Shown: positions 27,081 through 40,218 of the stretch, one piece after another
How positions within the stretch are numbered: the first letter of the stretch is position 1
How the letters are laid out: each line of letters opens with the position of its first letter
NCBI RefSeq assembly: GCF_963921235.1
Contig: NC_086108.1
Span: 95,358,001 to 95,422,000 of the forward strand
Direction of reading: 5' to 3'
Source: Mobula hypostoma
Taxonomy: Eukaryota
DNA: 64,000 nt
Position numbers and translations under genes: made by a program
The notes under the pieces: generated by a model
Databases searched by the model: none
The model's input: only the letters and a program-made list of their open reading frames with translations
What the model was told of the DNA's origin: nothing

Positions 27081-27590
27081 CACTCAGTGGCCTCTCTATG
27101 TACATTTGAACACCTTGTTAATGTAAATATCTAATCAGCCAATCATGTGGCAGCAACTCAGTGCATAAAAGCATGCAGACATGGTCAAGAGGTTCCGTTT
27201 TTGTTCAGACCAAACATGAGAATGGTGAAGAAATGTGATCTAAGTGATTTTGACTGCTGATGCCAGGTGGGCTGCTAATCTCCTGGGATTTTCACACACA
27301 CAAATTTCTATGGTTTACAGAGGATGGTGCGAAAAACAAACAAATATCCAGTGAGTGGCAGGTCTGTGGGTGAAAATGCCTTGTTATTGAGAGAGGTCAG
27401 AGGAGAATGGTCAGACTGGTTCAAGCTGACAGGAAGGCAGCAATAACTCAGATAACCATGCATTGCAACAGTGGTGTGTAGAAGAGCATCTCTGAATGCC
27501 CAACAAGTTAAACCTTGAAGTGGATAGGCTACAGCAGCAGAAGACCAGACCGGGTCCCACTCCTGTACCTGATAAAGTGGCCACAGAGTA
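27081..27590. mobile_element. Tc1-like non-autonomous element
   Basis: Imperfect TIRs cactcagtggcc...gtaca and tgtacctgataaagtggccacagagt; TA follows the right end. Confidence 0.7.
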
Positions 27591-28631
27591 TATGTTCACA
27601 GGAGTAGTGTAGACAATTTCTCCTTCAAACAAGTATCTAGCAGCATCTTGTTCAGGCATAACAAAATTTTACCTGCATTTCCAGCAAAGCATTGAGAATT
27701 CAAAGGACATTTTGTATATTAAGTATATATAACTGGTCTATTATTTATTTCCACAGTACATTTCCATCTGTCAATTTCAATGTAAAAGTAAATTATTCCC
27801 CAAAAGTTTTCACTTTCTATATTGAACATTTTCCAACTGTAGTTTCTCTACTACAAAGTTTCTAATAAGCTTCACCTTGTTGCTGCTGTTTCTTCCGATT
27901 TATTTTTCCCTTTTGAGATTTACGTTGGAAGCGGGGTCATTCAGTTGTTGTATAACGTTTGGTATTTAACATCAGGTATATTGGTACTTTGAGTTCCCTG
28001 CTCCCATTTGCCTGTTATTCTGTGATCCTTCACCAGATGATTTATCCCTGTCCCTGAAGTGAAGGGAAATGATATCCATAGTCACAGAGGCCAATAAAGT
28101 GCACTTTTTTTGGATCAATCTTGTTCCAAGTTTGAAAGTTCCAATATTTGCAAGTTGCTCTTGCTTGACAGAGGATGCTTTATTTCCTGGTGCCAAACTC
28201 TTAGTATAATTTAAAAGATACTGGGCCTTGTCCAATTCAGCAAAAAGGGCATCATTACTTTTGGCAGGCTAGCGCTGAAGTGAAGGGGAGGTCGAAGGAA
28301 GCCACAGAAAGACTTATAGGGAGGTTGTGATTTAGTGAACAACACCTACTAAAACACAAAAAGAAAAGGTTGCAGATTGTAACAATACTATTTATGGTAA
28401 ATCAAGCTAATCACCAAGTGACGGGTTGAAATTAAACTATCTTCCGTTCATTCTGACAAAACTGTTACATTTTCTTGGGAGAAGTCCATATAGTTTTATT
28501 TTTTAGTTCTGATTCCTGGGTTCTTTAAATAAACAATTTCTGCATAAATGTGTTTTATGAGTAAATCTCCATTACAACTGATTGATATAAGTGAATTGTA
28601 AGAATTTCCAGTATTTGCAAGTTGGTCTTCG

Positions 28632-29408
28632 GAATCAGAATCAGCGTTATTATCACCAGCATGTGACGTGAAATTTGTTAACTTAGCAGCAGCAGTTCAA
28701 TGCAATACATAATCTAGCAGAGAGAAAAATAATAATAAATAAATTACATATATTGAATGGATTTTTTAAAAAACATGCACAGAAATACTGTTTTTTTTAA
28801 AAAGTAAGGCAGTGTCCAAACATTCAATGTCCATTTAGGAATCGGATGGCAGTGGGGAAGAAGCTGTTCCTGAATCACTGAGTAGGTGCCTTCAGGCTTC
28901 TGTACCTCCTACCTGATGCTAACAGTGAGAAAAGGGCATGCCCTGGGTGCTGGACGTCCTTAATAATGGACACTGGCTTTCTGAGACACCGCTCCCTGAA
29001 GATGTCCTGGGTACTTTGTAGGCTAACGCCCAAGATGGAGCTGACTAGATTTACAACCTTCTGCAGCTTCTTTCAGTCCTGTGCAGTAGCCCCTCCATAC
29101 CAGACAGTGATGCAACCTATCAGAATACTCTCCACAGTACAACTATAGAAGTTTTTGAGCGTATTTGTTGACATGCCAAATCTCTTCAAATTCCTAATGA
29201 AGTATAGTCTTACTTTCTTTATAACTACATTGATATGTTGGGACCAGGTTAGATCCTCAGAGATCTTGAGACCCAGGAACTTGAAGCTGCTCACTCTCTC
29301 CACTTCTGGTCCCTCTATGAGGATTGGTATGTATTCCTTCGTCTTACCCTTCCTGAAGTCCACAGTCAGCTCTTTTGTCTTACTGACGTTGAGTGCCAGG
29401 TTGTTGCT
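28632..29408 (-). mobile_element. Rex1/Babar-like LINE 3' fragment
   Basis: VERVSSFKFLG..SEDLTWS, FYSCTVESILIGCITVWYG; (ATTCTG)n tail. Confidence 0.8.
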
Positions 29409-29714
29409 TCAATGAATCAAGTGGTTGTGTGAGTCTTTTACAGTAACTATACCTCATGATCTATCATGGCATCTGGTCAAAGGTCAGTGATGTTGTAAAC
29501 CCACAGAGAATGTTATGTTTTGTTTTGTAGCATGCTGAGAGTTTATACAGATGCACAAAACCCATGATTACTTCTCAATAAGCTTTTCAACCTGAAAAAA
29601 GATCTATGTGAATTTTAATTGTCACAGATAAATACTTCAAAGTATAAGCTATTTTTCAAAAGAAAACTTCATTTAATCTAACCATCTCCCATAATATCAG
29701 TACTTTTAGTTTTA

Positions 29715-30090
29715 TGCTTTCTTATTGCCTGTTACGCTGCTGGCATTTAGGGCAGCAATGAAGGTCCTCCATCATTGGCAGTGTTCAGGATCACTAGCTT
29801 CCTCTCGGTTTCCACTACTGTTTGTTGTGCACCTCCCAGGTAGAAACTCAGGAATACTGTCACACTCAGATGTAGAAGGATTCTTGATAGCTTTTTCCAT
29901 AACAATTTTGTTTGACCAGTCAGGGTCGTTAGCCCTGAGCTGAAACCCTGAACCTGGAGGACTGGTGGGCCACTCTTAGTCTGGCCTCTACACTTTGACC
30001 TGTTTGGCATGGGTGACCCTACCAAGAGCCAAAGCCTGACACCAGCTAGCATAGCCCTCTGGGTCATTGAGGCACGCAATCCTCCAAACC
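29715..30090 (-). mobile_element. RTE-derived non-autonomous repeat (family uncertain)
   Basis: Antisense gtagggtcacccatgccaaacaggtcaaag and ttcagctcagggctaacgacc resemble RTE 5'UTR sequence. Confidence 0.4.
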
Positions 30091-30094
30091 AGGA

Positions 30095-31215
30095 CAGAGC
30101 CTGCTCCACCATTCAAGAAGATCATGGCTGATCTGGCAATGGACTCATCTCCACCTACCTGCCCTTTCCCCATAACTCTTAATTCTCCTACTGTGCAAAA
30201 ATCTATCCAACCTTGTCTTAAATAAATTTACTGAGGTAGCCTCCACTGCTTCATTGGGCAGAGAATTCCACAGATTTGCCACTGTCTGGGAAAAGCCTCC
30301 TCATCTTCATCCTAAATCTACTCCCCTGAATCTTGAGGCTATATCCCCTAGTTATCGTCTCACCTACCAGTGGAAACAACTTTCCTGCCTCTTTCTTATC
30401 TATCCCTTTCATAATTTTATATCTTTCTATAAGATCTCTCATTCTTCTGAATTCCAGCGAGTCCAGTCCCAGGTGACTCAATCTCTCCTCATAGTCTAAC
30501 CCCCTCATCTCTGGAATCAACCTGGTGAGCCTCCAAAGCCAATATATCCTCTCTCAAGTAAGGAGACCAGAACCGCGTGCAGTACTCCAGGTGCGGCCAC
30601 ACCAGTACCCTGTACAGTTAGAGCATAGCCTCCCTGCTCTTAAATTTAATCCCTCAAGCAATGGCCAACATTCCATTGGCCTTCTTGATAGCCTACTGTA
30701 CCTGCAAACCAACCTTTTGTGATTCACGCACAAGCACTCCCAAGTACCTCTGCACATCAGCATGCTGCAATTTTTTGTCATTTAAATAATCTGTTCTTTC
30801 ATTTTTCCTTCCAAAATGGATGACCTTCCATTTACCTGCCAGACCCTTGCCCACTCACTTAACCTGTCCATATCTCTCTGCAGATTCTCTGTATCTTCTG
30901 CACAATTTGCTTTTCCACTCAGTTTAGTATCATCAACAAACTTAGATACACACACTCGGCCCGTCTTCCAGAGCATTAATGTATATCGTGAACAGTTGTG
31001 GGCCCAGCACCAACCGGTGAAGCATACCACTCACCACTGATTGCCAGTCAGAGTAACATCCATGTATCCCAGCTCTCTGCTTTCTTTAGTTAGCCAATCG
31101 TCTATCCATGCTAATACATTACCCCCAACACTATGCATCCTTACATTATGAATAAGTCTTTTATGTGGCACCTTATCGAACGCCTTCTGGAAATCCAAGT
31201 AAATAATGTCCATCA
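30095..31215 (-). mobile_element. CR1 LINE fragment
   Basis: IYLDFQKAFDKVPHKRL, KFVDDTKL, LQRDMDRLSEWA, YEERLSHLGL. Confidence 0.85.
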
Positions 31216-32202
31216 ATGTTGACATCACTGACCTTTGACCTGATGCCATGATAGATCATGAACTACAGTTATTGTAAAGGACTCCTACAACTACTTCCAT
31301 TTGATTCATCGAAGTTTATAGACCCATAGAGTAATGTGACACCATTATTAACACAAAGGAAAATTACAATATTTATCTGTTGCACTACTAATTAATGCAC
31401 CTCTCATGCTAATACCAAGATTTACAACATTCCATTATCATACATAGAATTACCAAGCACATCTTGAGTGCCTTAAATAATCTGAAAGGCAATTCCAGCC
31501 TTGAGTAGAAATTATTCATTTTACACCTGTGGTGTTGTACTTTGGGAGGACAATGGAGAATTTAGCTCACCTGAATCATGCTGACCAAAATATCCATCTA
31601 ATCAAGTCCAATTTGTGTCTAAGATGGACTCATTAATCACAGTTAACTTACTCTGTCCACGTTGGCCAAAGCAAAGCTGCACAAGCTAATTCCATAACCC
31701 TGTCTGTAGCTCTGTTTGTTGCAATATTTCAACAGTTCGGTCAGGTGTTTACTACATACAGAGCCCCAGCACTGGGTCCTGAAGGGTCTCAGCCCAAAAC
31801 ATTGACAGTTTATTCCTCTCCATAGATGCTACCTGACCTGCTGAGTTAGAAACATAGTTCCTCCAGCATTTTGTGTGTGTTGAACCAGGTGAAATTATTG
31901 TTCCTCAACTCTCTTCTAATCCAATAAATCACCTTAATTTATCTCCCGTTTTTTGCTAAAAGGATTGGATCTTTCTTGTTTATACCATCTGGGCATCTCA
32001 TCTTTTTTATACACTTCCACTGGCTCATCAACAGTTTGTCATTTAACAAAAAACAAACCATCATGGTCCCAGCAGGAACTTCATAAATCTACCCCGAGTC
32101 TGTCCTTTTGGGTGCAGTCTTTCATTGATTCTATTGAGTTTCATGGATTTACTGTGTATGTCTGCAAGAAAACTAATCTCAGGCTTGTATATGGTGACAT
32201 AT

Positions 32203-33410
32203 TGGTGAAGATAGAGCAGTTGATGTAGTGTGTATGGATTTCAGTAAGACATTTGATAAGGACCCCCATGCAAGGCTCATTCAGAAAGTAAGGAGGCATG
32301 GAATCCAAGGAGACCTTGCTTTGTGGATTCAGTATTGGCTTGCCCATGGAAGGCAAAGGGTGGTTGCAGGTGTTTCATATTCTGCATGGAGGGACAGTGA
32401 CCAGTGGTGTTCCACAGGGATCTGTTCTGGGTTCCCTCCTCTTTCTGTTTATAAATAACCTCGATGAAGAAGTAGAAGGGGGGGTAGTAAGTTTGCTGAT
32501 GACACAAGGTTGGGGGTGTTGTGGATAGTCTGGAGGGTTGTCAGAGGTTACAGCAGGACATCGATTGGATGTGGAACTGGGCTGAGAAGTAGCAGATGGA
32601 GATCAACCCAGATAAGTGTGAAGTGCTTCATTTCGGTAGGTCAAATTTGAAGACAAGAATATAATATTAATGGTAAGACTCTTGGCAGTGTGGAGGATCA
32701 GAGAGATCTCAGAGTTCATGTCCATAGGACACTAAAAGCAGCTGCTTCTTAATAGTGCTGTTAAGAAGGCATATGGTGTGATAGCCTTCATCAATCATGG
32801 GATTGAGTTCAAGAGCTGAGGTAATGTTAAAGCCATTTCAGACCTTGGTCAGACCCCACTTGGAGTACTGTGTTCAGTTCTGGTCACCTCATTACGGGAA
32901 GGATGTGGATACTACAGAGAGAGTGCAGAGGAGATTTACAAGGATGTTGCCTGGATTGGAGAGAGTACCTTATGAGAATAGGTTGAGTGAACTTGGCCTT
33001 TTTGTTCTTGGAGTGACAGAGGATGAGAGGTGACCTGATAGAGGTGTATAAGATGATGAGGAGCATTGATCGTGTGGATAGTCAGAGGCTTTTTCCCAGG
33101 GCTGAAATGGCTAACATGAGGGTGGGGCATAGCTTTAAGGTGCTTGGAAGTAGGTACAACAGGGTTGTCAGGGGTAAGTTTTTTTACGCAGAGAGTGGTA
33201 GGTGTGTGGAATGCACTGTCAGCAACAGTGGTAGAGGTGAATACAACAGGATCTTTTAAGAAACTCTTAGATAGGTACACGGAGCTTGAAAAATAGAGGG
33301 TTATGTAATAGGGAAATTCTAGGTGGTTTCTAGAGTAGGTTACATGGTTGGCACAACATTGTGGGCTGAAGAGCCTGTAATTTGTGTAGATTTCTGTGTT
33401 CTATGTTATA
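32203..33410 (+). mobile_element. CR1 LINE fragment, same family as the host at 1-6460, inserted in the 3' tail of another repeat
   Basis: MDFSKTFDK, SGVPQGSVLG, VRPHLEYCVQFWSPH; the host tail resumes at ~33411 (aataaatttactttgaactttgaac). Confidence 0.85.
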
Positions 33411-35044
33411 TATACTGTATGTACTTTGATAATAAATTTACTTTGAACTTTGAACTACACTCTCTCTAGTGTGATCTTATCTCTGTGTGATATGCTATCC
33501 AAAACTCGAGTTATCATCTGGCCTAGTAAACTTCTAGCATGTCTTCCCTGCTCTTAATCTTGTGTCCCTGTTATAGTGATAAAATTTCATATGTACCTCT
33601 TTAACAGTTTTATCTACTTATATTCATGTTTTCAGGAATCATTGGACATCCACTCTTAGGAATCTTTTATTCCTTTTCTGTACTATACCTCATAATGTAT
33701 ATTTCTTGCCTTGATTGAATGCCAGTCTTTGGTGACTATCTCCTGCCAGTGGATCAGGATCAGAATGATGTTGGAGTTACTCAAACTCATGACTGCACTG
33801 AAACCAATATTGGTACAACAAATTTTATCCAACTTCCATACATTTTTTGTAGGCTTTGTCTTCTTCAAAAGTATTTGCTTAGATTGATAACTCTCATCCA
33901 GCTCACACTATTGGTTGAAGAAATTTGTTCCATATGGAATGTATCCTCAGGTGCAGCAGAGAAATGTTCAGCGGAAGAGAGAGAGGGCATCCCATCGTAA
34001 TTTAAAAGACCTCATTTGTTTCAAATAGGCTTAAAAGCATGCTGCAAAATGACTTAATTAATTTTAAAACAAACAATTAACATCTGATAAACCATCCTGA
34101 TAAAGCAAAGGATTTTATTAATAGCTATAATTTACTATGGGTGAATGGACATTTAAATTAGTCCACAATAACTAATATTTTGTTTTCATCGATGCATTCC
34201 AATCTTCACAAGGTATCCCTAATTTAAATTTTGAAAGCTTTTATGTCACAATCATAGTTTATTCTTTGAGGTTAGAAAAGCATTTAGTATATTTATATAT
34301 TTATTAAATGGACAAGGGGAAATGAAGATCCAGAAATTCCTGAGGCTCTCTGAGCTAATGTTTCAACTGGACACCATCAAATGCCCCTGAGATTCAGAAT
34401 CCAAGCCAACAGTGACCTATTTGGCATTTTTGTTCCCAACCAGGACCTCTTTCATGAGACCAGCCTTTACAGTCCCTTTCCTATTCTCAACACGGCTAAA
34501 CTTTTGAATCATTACAGCAGAGAAAGTGGCTTTCATGAATTGACTGGTCGAAGAGCTGACTTGTAGATTAAGCTCTTTGGAACCTTTTCCCCTGTTCTTT
34601 TACGGTTGGTGGGGAATTCCGGATCACAACCACTTCCTGTGCTTCTAACAATTAAACATTTCATGCTCTCACCCCTGTGCCATTTGCCCATCACTTTCAT
34701 TCTGCTTCTCCCGGTCCAAAAACCTAAAAGCACAGCTCCAGTTTAATACATACTACCGAGTCATCAAGGAATGCACCACAGAAACAAGCCACACCAGCCA
34801 CCAAGCACCTGTTTTTGTGCTCCCCATATTCTCATCAGCGTCTGTCCAATTCTACCACGCTCCTTAAGGGCGATTTACCACGACCAATTCACCTACCAAC
34901 CACTGGAGCACCTGGGGGTGGGGGGAGACTTGCACCATCACAGGGAGGATGTGCGAACTGCACACTACCAGCACCCAAGTGGTACCTTATCAGTAAATGT
35001 TACTGCCTTAGAAAACATCAATCAGAACATAATATCACCTAATC

Positions 35045-35635
35045 TGAACACGAGATCTTGCAGATGCTGGAAATCCAGAGTAACACACACAAAATGCTGG
35101 AGGAACAAAGCAGGTGAGGCAGCGTCTATGGAGGGGGGAACAAAGAGCAGATGATTTGGGCCGAGACCCTTTGTCAGGACTGGCAAGGATGGGGGAAGGA
35201 ACCAGAATAGGAAGGTGAGGGGAGGGGAAGGAGTACAAGGTAGAAGTTGATAGGTGAAACTATGTGAGGGGGAAGGTAGTTGGGTGGGTGTTGAGCTACT
35301 CTTCAGATTTAGTCTTGCAGCCTGACGACATGAATATCAATTTCTCTAACCCAGTAATTTCTCCCCTCCCTCCTCCATTCTCCTTTGTAGCAGCCCTCTT
35401 TCACCTTCCCTTCTCCTCACTTGTCCACCACCTCCCTCTGGTGCCCCTCCTCCTTCACCTTATCCCATGGACCACTCTCCTCTCCCGTCAGGTTTCTTCT
35501 TCAGTCCTTTACCTTTTCCACCTATCACCTCCCGCCTCCCAGCTTCTCACTTCATTCCCACCCACCTTACCTTCCCCCTCCACAGATGCTGCCTGACCTG
35601 CTGAGTTCCTCCAGCATTTTGGGTGTGTTACTCTG
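35045..35635. mobile_element. PLE-derived element with inverted termini
   Basis: Antisense terminus 35045-35285 followed by a sense 3' fragment LQPDDMNINFSN...terminus. Confidence 0.65.
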
Positions 35636-36598
35636 TTGTAAGTTATAGTTACTAATAAAACCCCTGGGTTGCTGGAACTGTGAGAGAGCAGCTCTGCTAG
35701 ATGCAGTGCTGATATCAAATGCTTACAAAAGGGGGGTGGGGTGGGGACTGCAGATGACAAGATCCTGGAGAAGAACAGATACTTCCTGTAATATTCAACA
35801 GTTCAGATTGCATCTGTGGAGAAAAATCTATTTACATTTCAGGCTGATGACATTTCAGCAGAGATGGAAAATGTTTGGAGCTCAAATGAAAGTTCAAAAG
35901 TTCATTGAGGTTTCTCTTCTGAGAAACCATTGAACACTTTTTACCACGATAAAATGGTCAACTCTATTAAAGTTGTGTTGAAAAAAAATAAAACCCTTTT
36001 GTATTCAAAGCATAGATTAAGTAATGCCTCATTGATTGTAGAAACTAAACCCCGGTGCATCTGCCTATTTCTGATTGAAGAACGGTACTAGGCACAAAAT
36101 GGTTTATGATTGCAAAATAAATATGAATCCAAACAAAATTAAATGGAGTTTGATACCTTGGGGATATCTTGAAAACGTGAAAGGCAGATGATAAATGTAC
36201 TTTCTTTACTTTTAATATTGTTTCTGCTTTTCACGTGTATGTCCAACAACCTGGAAGATCCCATCAAAAATTGACGCTGAGGGTAAAACCAGTCAAGTCA
36301 AAGAGGATGGTGGCAGGTTAGAGCTCTTTGGGTATTGATCTAACTTAATAAATGGTGTAATGATGGGTTGGATTATAATGTTGTATAGATTGTTTTGGAC
36401 ATCTCAACAATTTTATTTAGCAATTTAAAAGGTTGGGACCGTTTCACCGTTGAACAGGAAATATCTGAACAAATGGGAAAGTCACCAACCAGAGTGAGAT
36501 TTCCAGTTTTATTTTAAAATAGTGTACTTGTTGATTTATTTACTTCCTTCCATCATGGATAACAGGCAAGTGATGTTAAAACCGCATGTACCAATTGG

Positions 36599-37252
36599 AC
36601 CCAACGTAGACTGGGGGATTGCTTCGTCGAGCACCTTCACTCTGTCCACCACAACAGGCAGGATTTCCCAGATGTCACCCATTTTAATTCTACTTCCCAT
36701 CCCCATTCTGACATGTCTGCTTATGGCTTCCTGTATTGATACAGTAAGGCCACTCACAGGCTGGAGGACCAACACCTCATATTCTGTCCAGGTAGCCTCC
36801 AACCTGACAGACTGAACATCAACTTCTCTAACTTCTGGTAACTTCTCCCATCCTCCCCCTTCTGGCTCCTGTCTTACCCCTTCTCTTCTCCTTACCTCCC
36901 TCTAGCTCCTCCTGCTTCTCTTTCCCCCATTGTCCACGATCCTCTCCCATAAAATTCCTTCTTCTTCAGCCCTTTACCTTTTCCGAATACATATCACCTC
37001 CCAGCTCCTCATTTCATCCCCCCTCCCATGCCCACCCACCTTCCCCCTCAGCCGGTTTCACTTATCACCTCCCAAACTTCTGCTCCTTTACCTACCCCAC
37101 CTCATTCTGGCTTCCTCCCCCTTCCTTTCTCATCCTGATGAAGGGTCTCAGTCTGAAACATCGACTGCTTAGTCCCCAACATAGATGCTGTCTGAGCTCC
37201 AGCAGCATTTTCTGTGTGTTACTCTGGTTTCCAGCATTTGCAGAATCTCTTG
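36599..37252 (+). mobile_element. Penelope-like element 3' part with GIY-YIG endonuclease remnant
   Basis: TQRRLGDCFVEHLHSV...THFNSTSH...RLEDQHLIFCPGSLQPDRLNINFSNF (36599-36841, one internal stop), then pyrimidine-rich UTR and hammerhead motif. Confidence 0.8.
37131..37167 (+). ncRNA. Degenerate hammerhead motif downstream of a PLE endonuclease remnant
   Basis: CAUC CUGAUGA AGGGUCUCAGUCU GAAAC AUC GACUG; differences are mostly CpG transitions. Confidence 0.6.
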
Positions 37253-39977
37253 TAATCAATTTTATAACCTTGCAGTTCATATCAATCACTCATTAAACTA
37301 CTGGCTCAAAAACTCTTCAGGGATACTTGGTTTTAATGCACCAGACTTTATTTGCGTGAGAACTATCCAGAGACAGCAATTCCCTCAGTCTTCCTGTGAG
37401 TTCCAAGAAATTTCAGCAAATTATCTTCTCTGCACCATTGTTTTTACACTCAATGACCAAAATACTTGTTTCATTCAAGCTGCGAACCTCAGAAAGGGAA
37501 CATGGAAACCATGGAATTAACCTCCTAGAAGCTGCAAATTGTTCAATATTTTTAAATCTCAATCCAATATTCTTACATCAAATTTGCCTCTCACTGTTAG
37601 ATACAGCTCTTAATGATAGCGGAGTCAAGGGATATGGGGAGAAGGCAGGAACAGGATACTGATTGTGGATGATCAGCCATGATCACAGTGAAGGGCCGAA
37701 TGGCCTACTCCTGCACCTATTGTTTGTCTATTGTAATCAGTTTGTGTTCATTCTGGGTGATTTTCTCCTAATTTTTCTTTAATCTTTAGGTTAAGAAAGG
37801 AGTGAGGCTCTAGATCTCCGGCTCCAGATGTCCAGCTGACTTTCCCAGTTTGAGCAATTAGCAGGAATGAATTTGTCCTGAAGTTGGGTAAGCTCTGCGA
37901 TTTTTGGGCTGCCTCTCCTGTTCGAAGGTTAGTGAAGCATTTAACCACTTCCATGTGCACGTCACGTTGGTGACATTGGTTGCTATGATGCACTACATCT
38001 GGGATCCTAAAATCCACAAACAACTTCACCTCCCAATTTTATTTTCCAGTAAGAACATGCTCAGTTATCGCTTACCTGTAGTTTAATTCTTCCATCCCTT
38101 AAATCACTCTTGTTACCTGTTAGGTGTCCTCTGAATGAATATAATGAGCCTTTCTGTACTGGGTACGCAACTGAGTGAATTCTGAAAAAAGTCATTCAGA
38201 TTCAAGTCCTTTTCTTTTCTCCAGCCTGCACATACTTTTACCTCTCATATCAAACTACCATGGATGGTGTCCACTTTAAGTTTTAGTTCCTCAGACTTTG
38301 TATCACCTGTTTTGGTCTGTTACTGAAACAAGGACCTTCCCTACCTTCCTAATTTCTTTTCCCATTTCTTCTTTCCCAGGATCCTTTTGCTATTTTAAAA
38401 CTATTCGCTCTAAGCACAGTGTAGTGTCTAATGGCCGCGCAGCGTGCGATCGACTAATGCTCGTTAGAAACCGTTCGGCAATAGCCTCCTGCATCAATTA
38501 AGTGGCATAAGTAGCTTTTCTCTTTAAGGGTTGTCCCAAGTGAGTGGCTGCCCTGATCAACCAATGGCTCAATTAACTAGAGTACATTGTATTTGCATCT
38601 CTTATATCAAACGATAAATGCACAAAATAATCAAATTAATAGAAAGTGCTATGAGGTCAGGCTTTTCTGTCTAGCCCTGGTTGCCCCTGTTCACTATTGG
38701 TGAGCCATTCCCTTGATGTGTTGCCACCCACCTGAGAGTATGCTCCCCAAACCGATCGTTCTTCATGCACCTTTTCTGTAGCTCTTATATTTTATTTTGC
38801 TTTCTGCTATTGCTTTACCTTGTACTACCTCAGTGCACTATTGTAATGAATAGATCTCTATGTGAGATAAGCTTTTCACTGTACCTCAGTATGTGTGACA
38901 ATATTAAACCAATTCCAAAATACTATTGGGTATAGAATTTCAGAATTAAGACCCAGCAATATGGATGGAACAGTGATGTTTCCAAGTCAGGATTGTGTGT
39001 AATTGGAAGGAAATTTAGAGTTGGCGGTGCTCCAAACTATCTCCAACACTTTGTTCTCATTGGTTGTAGATTTTTGAGGTGTTTTCAGTTACCTAGGTGA
39101 GATACTGCAGGTCCAGATGTCAGTCATACTGCTCAAAATGTCAAAGGGTTGAAGTTTCAGGGTGGTGACTAGGATGATAATCAAATCATCTACTTTGTCT
39201 GGGATTGTGTCAAGGCTTCTGGAGAATTACTGGAGAAGCACATGTTCAGGCAAGCGGAGATTACTTCCTGAAATTCCAAACTTCTTCCGTATAGATGGTG
39301 GAAAGACTTTCCTGAAGTACTTTACAAGCCGCCTCCAAGAATTCATCAGCTCTGGAAACAGCAAGGAATTAATTACATGGTCATTCCACAACACAACTCA
39401 ACACATGACATTTCTGTGTGAACATACTCTCGCAGCTTTACTCCAGTAAAGTTCATTCTAATCAGATAGCTGTGTATTCCAACAAATTTATATTTGAAAA
39501 TCAGGAAACTGCAGGTGCTGGAAATCTAAAATCAGAAAGTGCTATGAAACAGAGCAAACCAAGCAGCGTCTGATGGAAGAAGTCTTGGAGCTCGAGGACT
39601 ATGTGGGTGGATGGGTGTCTGCAAGGAACTGGGCTTCTGTTTGCAGTTTGCTGTTGTCAATCGTTGTACTCTGTTTCGATGTTCTCTAATGTGGTGCACT
39701 TACAATGTCGGCGAGAGAATGTGTGGCGACTCTTGTGGGCTGCTCCCAGGACCTCCTCAGGTGTGTTGGTTGTTAATGAAGTGACAGAGTTCACTGTATG
39801 TTTCGATGCACATAAATAAACATGAATGCTGAATTTTGAATCTGTGGGAGGAAAAATTAGTTACCAATTCAGCAGAGCCCTTTGTCAGAATAACTTCTGT
39901 GAAGTGTTTCCTTTTCTTCAATTTCTCTTCATTTCTCCACTGTGAGAAGACAGAAAACACACCACACTGTTCCTAAA

Positions 39978-40218
39978 AAGTTGCTGGTGAACGCAGCAGG
40001 CCAGGCAGCATCTCTAGGAAACTTTGACCCGAAACTTTGATGTGTGTTGCTTGAATTTCCAGCATCTGCAGAATTCCTCGTGTTTACGTTTTTAAATTCA
40101 CTGCTGCGAAGCCTCTTCCGTGATGCCGACGAAGGGTCTCGGCCCGAAACGTCGACTGTACCTCTTCCTAGAGATGCTGCCTGGCCTGCTGCGTTCACCA
40201 GCAACTTCGATGTGTGTT
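39978..40218. mobile_element. Very young rearranged PLE-terminus insertion
   Basis: 14-bp TSD ACACTGTTCCTAAA (39964-39977, 40219-40232); perfect 43-bp inverted repeat 39978-40020 / 40165-40207. Confidence 0.8.
40126..40158 (+). ncRNA. Hammerhead motif copy with 5' part lost or mutated
   Basis: CCGACGA AGGGUCUCGGCCC GAAAC GUC GACUG; 5' strand of stem I is absent. Confidence 0.55.
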
